From assembly GCA_013265495.1 (NCBI GenBank), contig MU058824.1, forward strand, positions 1,825,111 to 1,889,110: a stretch of 64,000 bases of DNA, read 5' to 3'. Shown here one piece after another: positions 43,722 to 54,609 of the stretch (the first letter of the stretch is position 1; every line of letters begins with the position of its first letter). Made by a program: the position numbers and the translations under genes. The DNA is from Vicugna vicugna. Taxonomy: Eukaryota. The notes under the pieces were generated by a model. It saw only the letters and a program-made list of their open reading frames with translations, was not told where the DNA came from and did not search any database.

Positions 43722-43830
43722 CACACATACATGCACATATATATAATCACACATGTGTGTGAACATGTGTACAAAACCACACACACACATATAGATATAA
43801 TCACATGCGGTTATACCTCAATACAATACG
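43290..43830 (+). mobile_element. Old L1 3' fragment with (CA)n/(TA)n low-complexity repeat
   Basis: AAGAAGCCAGACATGAAAGAAGACATACTCTAAGATTCCACTGATACAAAGTTCAAAAACCAGCAAAACTAA; dinucleotide arrays near 43680-43800. Confidence 0.7.
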
Positions 43831-46589
43831 CCTTCTCCTCAGCAGGAAAAAAAATCAACGTGTGAGTCTATGAAGATTCTGCAGCATAAAGATAAACAAC
43901 AGGCCAAGACTAAAGTACTTTGGGAAAAGATTTCCCTCAGGAAACAAGTAAATATCAAATCTTATCTGCTCTGCAGTTTCAAGAAAAACTAGTAAGACCT
44001 GGTTTCTATGAGACAAGAGATTACAGTTAAACTGTTGAGACAAGGGCTGAGAAGGAAAGGAGAAAAGGATGGGAGAAAAGGAGGGGGAGGGGGGAGGGAA
44101 ATTCTGGGATGAGGGCAGTGTCAGAAGCCCACATACTTAACTCCTTCCCTCGCCCAGTTCCTTGCTACAATGGCCCACCCAACAGGGGGAAATCTGTGTG
44201 ACAGTTCTACCTAGACCATTTCTGGAAGCTAGGGAAAGTGTCTCATGCACACTCCTGAAAGTTCAAGCAACTGCACTGTTTGGGAATGGGAGAAAATCCA
44301 GGCCACCCCCTTCCCACTGTTTGCACAGAAGGCTACTTGGAAGTAGATTCTAACTCAGTAGTGGGAAAGCCCAGTGGAATGTTACCAGCATTTCTGGATT
44401 TGCTTTTAGAGCCTCCATTCTGATATCAAAGGGCCAGCAGATGTGAGGCTGTTATCTCAATGGAGGCCTGCAGGGAGTTATGATTTCACGTGATTTCCGC
44501 AAAAGAACCCTACAACATCCACCTTCACTCACTAATCACCCCTGACCCTGTACTTACAGCCTAGAGGGTGGTGAGGGTGGGCATTGTTGGTCAAAATTAG
44601 ACGAGGCAAGAGAGTAGAGTTCATGGAGCAAAATCCACCTCTTTCCCATCCCCTGGGTAGCAGGGGGTGCACTAGACAAGTTCTCCTCCCCCATAAGGTT
44701 AGAAGTACCTGAAGTATTCACACATATCCTCTCCCCTTCGCCAAGTAAGGGACTGGTAACACCTTTATCTGAAAACTTCAGAAACACTGGACTGCCCAAA
44801 GCTCAGGGCTGGTGCTGCAGGGATATGGAGAAAGGGGCCAGAGAAAGGGGCCCTGCTGAAGGGAAGAAGGGCCAGGGGTGGCCAGCAGTACTCCCACAGA
44901 GTGACTTGACAGGAGACATGGGCTTCTCATGGGTTGAGTGGACACAGGAATGTTGGGCGGTGGGGGTGGGGTTTAGACATCTTAAGAGAGGCTGAGGGGC
45001 GGTCCACTTGTGGGGCAGGCTGAGGAGGAGGAAGAAGGCTGAGCTTCCGGAGTAGGCATCTGTATTTACTATCCTCAGAGCATCCCGAGGTCCCAGGACA
45101 AACACAAAGGGATCATCTGCAAGAATCACACCCATCACCTTCAAGGAAACTCCTTCCGGGGTAAAATCCTACTTTTGCACATGGCTTTGCAAAATGAGAT
45201 CTTTCTTTTCCCCATTCTCTGATCTACCCAAAGTATATCTCCAAGGGGGAAGATATGACTTGGCAGGGCAGATGTCATTTGCTTGGCCTCTTGGAGATGA
45301 AAGTTACAAGGTATCTGCGTGTGCAACCCTGCCCTCATAGTCCTGTTCTAGTCATAAGGCTTCTGAAGGAGCAGTTCTGGAGGAGGGGGAACCAGACAGT
45401 GACAAGCCCAGAAATCATGTCAAGGGGACACAGCTGAAGGAAGATTTGGGAGCAGTGGGAAAGCACAGCATGACAACTACTACCTCCCAAGGGAAGCCAC
45501 CTAATACAAAAGAAGTGTCTTCCTCCTCATCTCTCCAAAGGGACAAAGGAGGACAAACTGCAGCAGGTTCAAGGAGACAGTTCTGGCTCAGCAAGCCTAA
45601 CAGTTCACACAACGAACAGAACGCCTCATGAGGAAGTAGCCACCCTCTCTCTGGAAGAGTTCAAACAGGGAGGCTGAAGAGAGGCTGGAATGGATTAACG
45701 CCCAAGACCGTTGTTTCGGAGGTTGCAAACTGACAGCATGCATGTCATATGGCGTAAACAGATGTGCCTGCTCTTGTGAGTACAAGGTTGCCTATAAAGT
45801 GCCCAATATATTAGTAGTAGCAGTATTAATATTACTATTATTTAAATAAAGCCTGTATTTCTGGTTTCTCTTGAAAACCAGAACAGAGCTGAGCAGAGGT
45901 GCCCCACTCCGTAGGTCATACGTCCTGCAGATCACCATGGCCACCACCCCACCGCTGTACCCAACATCGAGGCCAAGTGTTCCCTGACATTCATCATTCT
46001 GCTTGTACTGTGGGGTTTTCCCTTATACCCAGCCCACCTAACACAAGTATATTATTACCAGCTTTCTCTCTGCAGGCACGTGAGTGGGTGACTTCCGCTG
46101 TATTCTATAACTCTCAACCTTCATCTGGGACAGTGGCATACAGCTGTGTTCTTCTCAATTCTCCCTCTCTCCCTGTGCTCCCTGAAGATCTGCAGTGCAC
46201 GTGAACAGCACAGGAAATCACCAAAAGGTCATCTGCACCTGGCCCTGGAGTGAGGCTCCCAATAATCCAATGGAAAGGAGAAAGGCAGCCCCTGGGGTAC
46301 ACATGGACTGGTGGATCATGAAGCCACACCACCTCCAGAACAGCAGCCATTTTACATTTTTAAAGGGACATTATTCCTCTTTGAAGGAACATTACTATCT
46401 AGTTGACTCCCTTTTAGAAGAGTTCAGAGCCTCCTGTTATTTAATGAAATCAGCAATAAACAGAGAAACTGTCTTGTCTGCTAGCCTGGAGTGAAAACAA
46501 GAGAGTTTGGACAATGACCTGGATCAGAAGAAAGTTAGGAGGCCCTACTCGCTCAAAGAACCTAGGATTCTGAGAACTGATACTAATAT

Positions 46590-46818
46590 TAGCAGCCAAC
46601 ACTTACTAAATGCTTTCCATGGGCCAGACACTGTGTGAGCACATTAGTGGCTTATCTCACATGATTATGTAATAACACCACGGGACAGGTATTACGATTA
46701 ACCTCAGTTATACAGATGAAAAAACTCAGGCACAGAGAGGTAAAGTAACTTGTCCAAGATCACACATCTAGTGATGATGGAGCCAGAATTTAAATCCAGA
46801 CAATCTAACTCCAGAGAC
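46590..46818 (-). mobile_element. MIR SINE (near full length); one of many MIRs in the window
   Basis: Core ACAGATGAAAAAACTCAGGCACAGAGAGGTAAAGTAACTTGTCCAAGATCACACA. Similar copies near 470, 6450, 15250, 21140, 23800, 51720, 54110, 54750 and 57340. Confidence 0.85.
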
Positions 46819-47449
46819 ACTAGAGGAGAAATGATGAAGATGCCAACAAGATCTGACAATTTCTGAAGGGAATTTCTTCTCCCTACCCATTAAATGATGT
46901 GGCCACATTTCTTGCTAAGCATACCAAAACCAAAAAAACACAGAAGTCTAAAATTTCATTTTTCTGGCTTACAAATATGTGAAAGTTAAACTACAAATAT
47001 TCCCCTGTTATTTGAGTCTTTAAAATACACAACAATTAAAAAAGACAATTTCCCTGGAACTAAAGCTCTTTTGCAGAATCTGGTTCACATTCAGAATTCA
47101 AAATGGAATATAAAATAAAACTATTCAATGTCTGCAATGTCGGATCATTTCTTTCAAGATTCTATAACTAAACATTGTGAAACATGTGCTTTACATGTGG
47201 AACTGAATTTCCTTTATGTTCAGCCATGCAAAATGTTACTGTCAGAGTTGACATTTGTTTTGTGACCCTGCACGCTAGTGGGGCAGTGCACTGTGACCTC
47301 TGAGATGATGTGATATTATGAAGCATACATGCAAAAGTAAACACTGTTTCTCTCTTTCCAACGTTTTATAGGAAAGCTGTCAATGAGAATCCTATTTGCA
47401 AATGACTTGTGTGTTTAAATGAACCTCACTCCCTTAAAATTATATACTT

Positions 47450-48331
47450 GGGAAAATTGGTCAGCTACATGCAAAAGAATCAAACTGGACTACTTTCTCA
47501 CACCATCCACAAAAATAAAGCCAAAATAGATTAAAGACTTAAATATAAGACCAGAAGCCATAACTTCTAGAAGAAAACAGGCAGTACTCTCTTTGACATT
47601 GGTCTTAGTAACATTTTTTGGATATGCCTCCTTAGGCAAGGGAAACAAAAGCAAATATAAACAAATGGGACCACATCAAACTAAAAAGTTTTTGCAGTAA
47701 AGGAAACTATCATAAAATGAAAAGGCTGCCTACTGAATGCGAGAAGATATTTGCAGACAATTTATAGTAACAATATTTGTATAACAACAAATATACAAAG
47801 AACTCATACAACTCAATATCAAAAAAAACCCCCAAACAACCCAATTTTAAAATGCACAGAAACAACCCAATGGTATATTTATACAATGGATACTACTCAG
47901 CCATAAAAAAGAATAAAATAATGCCATCTGCAGCAACATGGATGGACCTGGAGATCGTCATACTAAGTGAAGTAAGCCAGAAAGAGAAAAAAAAAAAAAA
48001 CATATGATATCTAAAAAAACCCCACACAAATGAAATTACTCACAAAACACAAAAAGACTCACAGACATAGAAAACAAACTTATGGCTACTGGCAGGGAAG
48101 GAGTTGGGAAGGGATAAATTGGAAGTCTGAGATTTGCAGATACTAACTACTATATACAAAACAGATAAACAACAACTTTCTACACAGGAAACTATATTCA
48201 ATACACTGTAGTAACTAAAATGAAAAAGAACATGAAAAAGAATACGTGTATGTACATGTATAACTAAAACATCATGCTGTACACCAGAAACTGACACAAC
48301 ATTATAAACTGACTACACTTCAATTAAAAAA
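47450..48331 (+). mobile_element. L1 ORF2 fragment plus artiodactyl/camelid-type 3'UTR
   Basis: GAAAATTGGTCAGCTACATGCAAAAGAATCAAACTGGAC; GCAGCAACATGGATGGACCTGGAG; GGGATAAATTGGAAGTCTGAGATTTGCAGATACTAACTAC; ends GACTACACTTCAATTAAAAAA. Confidence 0.9.
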
Positions 48332-48680
48332 TCTTATTTGTCAAAACACATTAATTCTTTGGGCTTATTTTCAATTGAAAATGATATTACTCAAAAATAG
48401 ATGTTAGAAATTATATGATGATGTTTTGCTGACCAGAAAACCTAAATTTTTAAAAATGTTTTCTCAATAAGATTGCACTCAGTAAGAGAAATAAGATTCT
48501 CAGTAAGAGAAATAACACTGTCCCATAGTAAGAAAAGGAAAAAATTCAACATGGAAGGTAGCTCAAATAACTTAAGGCATAATATTTACTAGTGCATATA
48601 ATAATGGAACACAGAGAAATTCATGACTTTGTTGAAAGAAAATCAGTTTCCCTTTGACAAGCGACCCGATAAACCCAACG

Positions 48681-48713
48681 GCAGTACATCACAAAGGCCA
48701 CAAGGTGTCGCTA
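48681..48713 (+). promoter_or_regulatory. Candidate CTCF site with upstream (U) motif
   Basis: Core GGCCACAAGGTGTCGCTA at 48696-48713, preceded by GCAGTAC at 48681-48687 at a spacing compatible with the zinc-finger 9-11 U motif; CpGs retained in an otherwise AT-rich region. Confidence 0.6.
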
Positions 48714-49169
48714 TCTGACAACCTCTTGCTTTGCAGCTAACGCTAGGCGCCTGCAGGTAAAGAGGGGAGGGTTGTGAGGGATGTTGACTATATTTTGATG
48801 TAACCAAAAGTACATCCATTAGGATATTTAGCAATTAGTGCATCTAGATTAACAGGAATTTCCCTCTACTGCTCCTAAACCTAAAATTTAAACCTTTTTT
48901 TCCCTCTGGAGCAACCCTGAGCATACAGATTATTACTGCAGATTAGGGACACCAAGACAAAATTTTTCCATCATTACCTTTTTAGGTCTTCGTATTCAGT
49001 GGGATGTCCTGGGTAGGAATTATAATCACTATTTTACAGATGAGGAAACCAAAGCCAGAAAGGTTTTAATGGGCCAATGAAAATTCCAGTGCCCAGGTTT
49101 CCTAACACCCACCACTGCAGCTGGGGCCTGTACACCATGCCCCTCCCTAATTCCCTCAGCATGGAGGTG

Positions 49170-49648
49170 GTCGGGAATAGGGTTTGCCTGGGACCCTGGG
49201 CTGCAATGCTTGCACCAGGATAAACAGGATACAAAGAAACTATAAAGGACTAAAAATAACTGTATGCATGCACAGTTGGGGCAAATTATGAACAATAAGA
49301 TATTAAAAGACCAAAAACCCAACTGCCTCTTCTGAACTATCGGGAGCAATAGCAGGGTCCCCAGAGCAGAAGCAAGATAACTGCATATAATTCCTGCACA
49401 CAGCACCACCAAGGGGGTGGGCAGACCACCTAAGCCACCCCTGCAGCCCAACCCCTGGGCCCGCCCCTACCCTTGCCTTATTTAAGGGACCAGTTCCCCC
49501 ACCCCCTCAGGGAGCGAGTAAGGGAACCTGTTACTTGTTATTGCTTCCTCATGCTGCGGCACGAGTCCCACTAAAACCTTGCCTGAATTTCTCCTCTGGC
49601 CTGTTATCAATTTATATTGATTAAGGCCAAGAACCCTGGTCGGTAACA
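49170..49648 (+). mobile_element. ERV1 solo LTR (MER41-like, cetartiodactyl type)
   Basis: CTGGGACCC...GCTGCAATGCTTGCACC...ATACAAAGAAACTATAAAGGACTAAAAATAACTG...CCAAGAACCCTGGTCGGTAACA resembles a remembered cetartiodactyl MER41-type LTR. The 3' CA end is clear; the 5' end is approximate. Confidence 0.7.
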
Positions 49649-50069
49649 TCATTTATAATTATAATTCCAGCAGTGAACCTGTGTTAAATAAATTACTGGC
49701 TAAGGCAATCTCAGTCTCATGAGCATAACTTGCCCCGAAGAAAACAAAGAAGATTTTTCTTAAGGACGGCTGATGGGGAGAAGCAAAAGATAAAGAAGCT
49801 AAGGAAGGGCTAGAGAAGAAGCCTGAAGCCCCTAAAAAGGTGGACAGAAATGGGCTCCACAGAATGCGCCTTAAGGAAGAAGGAGAAACTTAAGGACAAA
49901 AGGTAGAACTGGGCAGGAAGCTGAGCGAGCCTGTCAACCTGGGTATATTTGTTGGTTTACAAAATTTACTGAGCCCAATCCCGCCCCAGGCACTGGGCCC
50001 TATATAAGGCGAGCAGCCCGGGAAAGAGTCAAGTGGGAACTGGGACCGAGGGAGAAGAGACCACCACGG

Positions 50070-51030
50070 TCAGCTGCGACTCACCGGGGCGCTAAAGCAA
50101 CAGACCCCACGAGGACGCGCGCCGTGTGCGTCGCCGGAAGTGGTGGCACCGAGCCGGGCGTCCCTTTTAGCCAATGGCAGCGCGGTGCGCCGTCCGTCGT
50201 CCGACCGTGACCTGCGCGGCACCTGAGAAGAAAAGGCGGGAGGCCCGTAAGGCGCGAGGAGCTATCCTTCTACGTTATTGCGCGAGTTACCGGAGCATGT
50301 AGTCGAGGCCGGGCGTCACTTCCAGCTTCTTTTCCGCAGGTTAACCTAGCTCAGGAACACGACGCCTTCAACCTGAAGACCCCCTTACGCCGCAACTGCC
50401 CTCAGTAAAGATGGCGGATAGACGCGAAGGAAAGCCGGAAGTAGGCGGAGTGGGAGGAGCCGGTAGAGGGCGTGTCGGGGCGTGGGCTGGCTGCAGAAGG
50501 GTTCCGATGGGCGTGACCAGCCGCCCCTACTGGGGTTTTGATCAATTAGGTGCACTCACAGCAGCCAGCCGTGTCCCTCCGTCGTCTCCTGGGGGCGGGT
50601 CACCACTGGCCCCGCCCCATCCAGAAAGCTCCCTCTTAGACAATTTCCCCTCGGTCTCCGAGATTTGACCGGAGTTCGGCTGCTGACCTCCAGTCCCTCG
50701 GTGGTCCCTATCAGCGATGGAGGGCGCCGAGGAAAACCCCGCGGAGTCTAGCTCCTCCGCCCCCAGGTCCGAAGAGCCTGCCGGCTCGGCCAAGGGCCGC
50801 GAGGTATTGCCTCCCGAGGAGCCGGAGGGCTGCGCCCGGCCCCTGGAGACAACTCCTAAGAAACTTTGTGGATATCTAAGTAAGTTTGGCGGCAAAGGGC
50901 CCATCCGGGGCTGGAAATCCCGCTGGTTCTTCTACGACGAGAGGAAATGTCACCTGTATTATTCGCGGACCGCACAGGATGCCAATCCCTTGGACAGCAT
51001 CGACGTCTCCACTGCAGTCTTTGACTGCAA
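50070..51030 (+). promoter_or_regulatory. TBC1D2: CpG island and promoter of TBC1D2
   Basis: Dense CpG; ETS/GABP CCGGAAGT at 50134-50141 and 50435-50442; CCAAT 50171-50175; YY1-type AAGATGGCGG 50408-50417; GC boxes; overlaps the first coding exon. Confidence 0.85.
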
Positions 51031-51091
51031 GGCAGACGCTGAGGAAGGGACTTTCGAAATCAAGACTCCCAGCCGGATTATTACTTTGAAG
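50717..51091 (+). CDS. TBC1D2: TBC1 domain family member 2 (Armus/PARIS-1), coding exon 1: MEGAEENPAES...PH domain KLCGYLSKFGGKGPIRGWKSRWFFYD...SRIITLK
   Basis: gcgATGG start in good Kozak context; recognisable TBC1D2 PH domain; donor GTAAAT at 51092; 375 nt, phase 0. Confidence 0.96.
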
Positions 51092-54000
51092 GTAAATGGG
51101 ACAGCTTTTTTCCTTTTCAGCTGGGTTTATATCCCAAGGTACGGCCAGGCGCAGGTGGGTGGTCACAGTAAACTTACTGGAACAACGATCACCGACCCTG
51201 AGCACTCCAGTGAACCCTGGGTGCTCAGAGTTTTGTGCTTTCCAAAGTGCATTCACATCCATTTCCTAATTGAGTTCCCACAACAAAGGCAGGGATGATG
51301 GACCCATATTACGGATCAAGAAACTTCTAAAGAGATGAAGTGACTGGTCCGAGGTCATGCAACTAAAAAATGGTGTATCCCATAGTTTTTCTACTTCTCA
51401 GTCCCGTATCAGAACTTTTACTTTTGGGCGTGGCTAACAATGCAGTTACTCTAACTTTCTTACTTGGGGCTAAAACTACAGCCGAGTTGGGAGGTTTGCA
51501 ATCTTCTCTCAAGGCCCGGATTCTGAATCACTTTCCTTGATGTTGTGGCCAAGGGGAGTGAATGCTGAGAAAACTTCGGCAGAGATTGGGAGATAAACAC
51601 TTAGGTTTCACCGATCAACCCACATTGTTCATCAAGGCATGCCGAAACCTGTTTTCTCACCAGTAGGTTTTGTTTTATCGTCATATTTACCTGAGAAAAC
51701 CTGAAACAATGTGAAGGCCATGTGCTTTGAAGTCAGACATGCTTGGGATCAAATTCTACATCAGCTACTTACTAGCTGTGTGGCTCTGAGCAAGTTAACC
51801 TCTTTGTACCTAAACAGTTTGTGAGATTTAAAACAAGGTGTGTAAGCACCTAGCACATCACAGGCACCTACAAGTTGTTAAATTAATCTCAGCACCTCGA
51901 GTACAGCCTGTCACATAGTGGCTCAATAAATATTTGTTGAATGAAGACACATAGCAATGGAAGCAAGGTCAGAAAGTTCATGTCATGTCAAGAGGGAGGG
52001 CCCCAGAACTTAACTGGAAAGACAGATGTGGGCTAAGAGTTCTAGGATTCACGTTCATCAGAGACGAGTGTGCCAGGAGACTGTCTTCCAGTCCAGTCTA
52101 CACCTACCCTCGCACCACCCCACCCCGTCTTCCCACATCTCCACCCTCACCTCCAGCCAACTGGGCATCTGTTGAGCCCACAACTTTAGTTCCCCTGTAT
52201 GTGACCAGGCTGAGGGAATCTGCAAAAAATAATGCAAATCAGGAATTCCACGCCTAGGAAGGCAGGCGTTTTAGGGGTAATGTGGCTTATGGGTCATGTC
52301 TTTCCTCCCACACATTGAATGCTGTCTACATGGTCTCCAACATATGCCGTTTACTATTCCATTGACCCCTGTGTGTGTCTAGCACTGTTAGGCACTGGGA
52401 TGTGGAGCCAAATCAGACCAGCTCCCTGGTGTTCAAACACCTTAAGTCCTGGTGAGAGAGACCAACAGGGAGACTGGCATGCAAGTAAACTGTTTTATAG
52501 AGACACTATGATAAGTTGGTACCAGAAAGACATCGTGACAGGAGGGGTCTCTTCCACTGAGTAGGTGGGGCTATCCAGAAAGGAGGAGGAGGAAACGGGC
52601 GATGACACATTGAGACTTGAAAAAGGAAATCAGTTTTCTACAAGCAGACAAGAGAAAGAAGGATATTCCAGGCCAAGAGACCCCCATGAGCAAAAACAGG
52701 AAAACAGCCTGGAATGTCCAGGCAAATCCCAGAAGCCTGGGATATAGAGGGGCCCAGAAGTCAGAGTGGGAGAGCAGAAGCCTGAGGGCAGGCCATTCAT
52801 GAGGTTGGCCAGAGAGCTTGGATTTTGTCTTACGGGCTATGGGAAATTGTCAGAGCTTTAAGCAAGGAAGCACTGCGAGATTAGAATGTTGAGAAAGTTG
52901 TCTGGCTATTGGGTAGAGAACAAATTAGGAGAAGATAAGGCTGTGGCCCAGCTGTGGTCCATCAGGAGGTGGTCAGGAGAGAATGATGGCCGAGCTAGAG
53001 CTGTGGCAGTGGGAAGGGAGACAAATAGGGGTGGCTCGGGATGTGCGGGAGGAGTCAGAGCTGCCTTGTGCAACTGGCTGACTGCATGGTCAGGCCAGTC
53101 ACTGATATGAGGGAACCCAGGATGAGGAGTCCATAGGACATGCAGGCTTCTGTTGCCCCCTGTAGACTCTTAAGTTCCAAGAGGATAGGGGCCATGTGTG
53201 TTGGCTTACCACAGTGTCTCCCGTGCCTGCCACAGTCCCTGACATGTATAGTCGATGCTCAATATACACCTGTCCAATTAATCAATAAAATAGGGTGTTT
53301 GGATATGGACTGGGGCTTGTCACACAAGGTCATGGTGAAACCCTGGGCAGGGCTGAGATCTCTTGCAAAAAGTATATAGAAAGAGAAGAATGGTGGGCAT
53401 GGTTTTATGTGACTCGATACCTCCACAACAGGCTGAAGGCCTCTTTCATGAGCTCGTGCACACCTCACCTGTGGTCATCATGAGAGAGAGGCTTGCCCTG
53501 GTCACCCGTAGCTTCTGCTGTTCTCATTGTTCTGATTGAGGGCAGCTCTGTGAGGCTCCCAATCCACCTGCAGTGAGCTGCCCAGCCTCTGTGGCCCAGC
53601 TGATCCCATGCCTTCTCTGTGTGAGCCACAATCTCCTGGCCGTAAATTAATGAATCTCTGGCCTAGAGGTGGGAGACCCAGGTTCTGGGACCAGCTCTAC
53701 CACCACCTGCGTAGAAGACTCCAGAGCCTTAGTTTCTCCATCTGTGGAAGGGACCTGATCACTCCTGCCCTGCCTCCCCAGTGGAGGACCCGGCAATGTA
53801 ATGGATGTGAGAGTCGGCATTTGGACCATCTAGTGCTGGGAGACTAATGGGCGATGTCAGCCATACCCCATGTGGGCTGCCTGGAGGGTGCAATGTAGTT
53901 GTTGTAGTGTGTGGATGGCTTTTCAGGTCCCAATCATATCCATGATTTCAGTGCCTCCCTCTAACAGGAGGGATTCTCCCCATTTCACAAGGTCAGCTAG

Positions 54001-54467
54001 GACGTTGAGATGCCACACGGGAACACAGTGATGCTACCAGAGCCCCAGCCGGGTCAGAATTTCAAAGCCCTCTCCCTCTCTCTTAGCATCTCCAAGTTCC
54101 TTTATCCAGTGAGCACATTTTGAGCACCTGCTGTGTGTCAGGAACTGTGCTGGACACTTTACTTTCCTTACCTCATTTCACCCTCATAACCACCTTAGGA
54201 AATGAGGGTTATCATCACCATAGTACAGATGACAAAACTGAGGCCCAGGAAGGCTAAGGAACCTCTGAGTGGGGAGATCAGAGCCTGAGTTATCTTCTGT
54301 GGCAAAGAAGCAGGTGGTGTTTCAGAGGTGGGCACCCATCCGCAGTGACAGTTTCTTTTCCCCTGGGAAGGAGAGAGTTGCCAAGCCTCCCATGACCTCC
54401 CTGCGTCCCACACCCAGTGCCACCATGCAGGCACAGGGCCTTGCCAACTAACCCTTGTGCTTCTCAG

Positions 54468-54609
54468 GCCGCCACCAAGCAAGCGATGCTGTACTGGCTG
54501 CAGCAGCTGCAGATGAAGCGCTGGGAGTTCCACAACAGCCCACCTGCACCTCCCGCCACCCCTGACGCTGCCCTGGCTGGGAATGGGCCCGCCCTGCGCC
54601 TCGAGCTAG
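54468..54609 (+). CDS. TBC1D2: TBC1D2 exon 2, 142 nt: AATKQAMLYWLQQLQMKRWEFHNSPPAPPATPDAALAGNGPALRLEL
   Basis: Acceptor ttctcAG at 54466-54467, donor GTACCC at 54610; completes the PH-domain helix; contains the WEFH motif recalled as an LC3-interacting site. Confidence 0.95.

Larger units (their letters stand above)
47350..48919 (+). mobile_element. Degraded hAT (Tip100/Zaphod/Arthur-like) transposase C-terminus and 3' end, split by an L1
   Basis: Broken translation reads LFP...RILF...LKL-YL before the L1 and S-ICQ...LGLFSIENDITQK...FADQK after it, matching the hAT dimerization motif (FP...RILL...LKLIK-YLRST-QERL--L-L-SIE...FA--K). Possible TIR CAACCCTG at 48912-48919. The 5' extent is unknown. 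Confidence 0.55.

Noticed and set aside
48478..48517. Tandem duplication of CTCAGTAAGAGAAATAA, and ATGGTCTAAGATG twice at about 24489-24519
   Set aside because: Two-copy local slippage duplications inside old repeats; no spacer-repeat array or CRISPR-like organisation.
51092..51298. ORF extension past TBC1D2 exon 1, and similar extensions around the GABBR2 exons
   Set aside because: Similarity to the known proteins stops at canonical GT/AG boundaries; the extensions are intronic read-through in the ORF caller.
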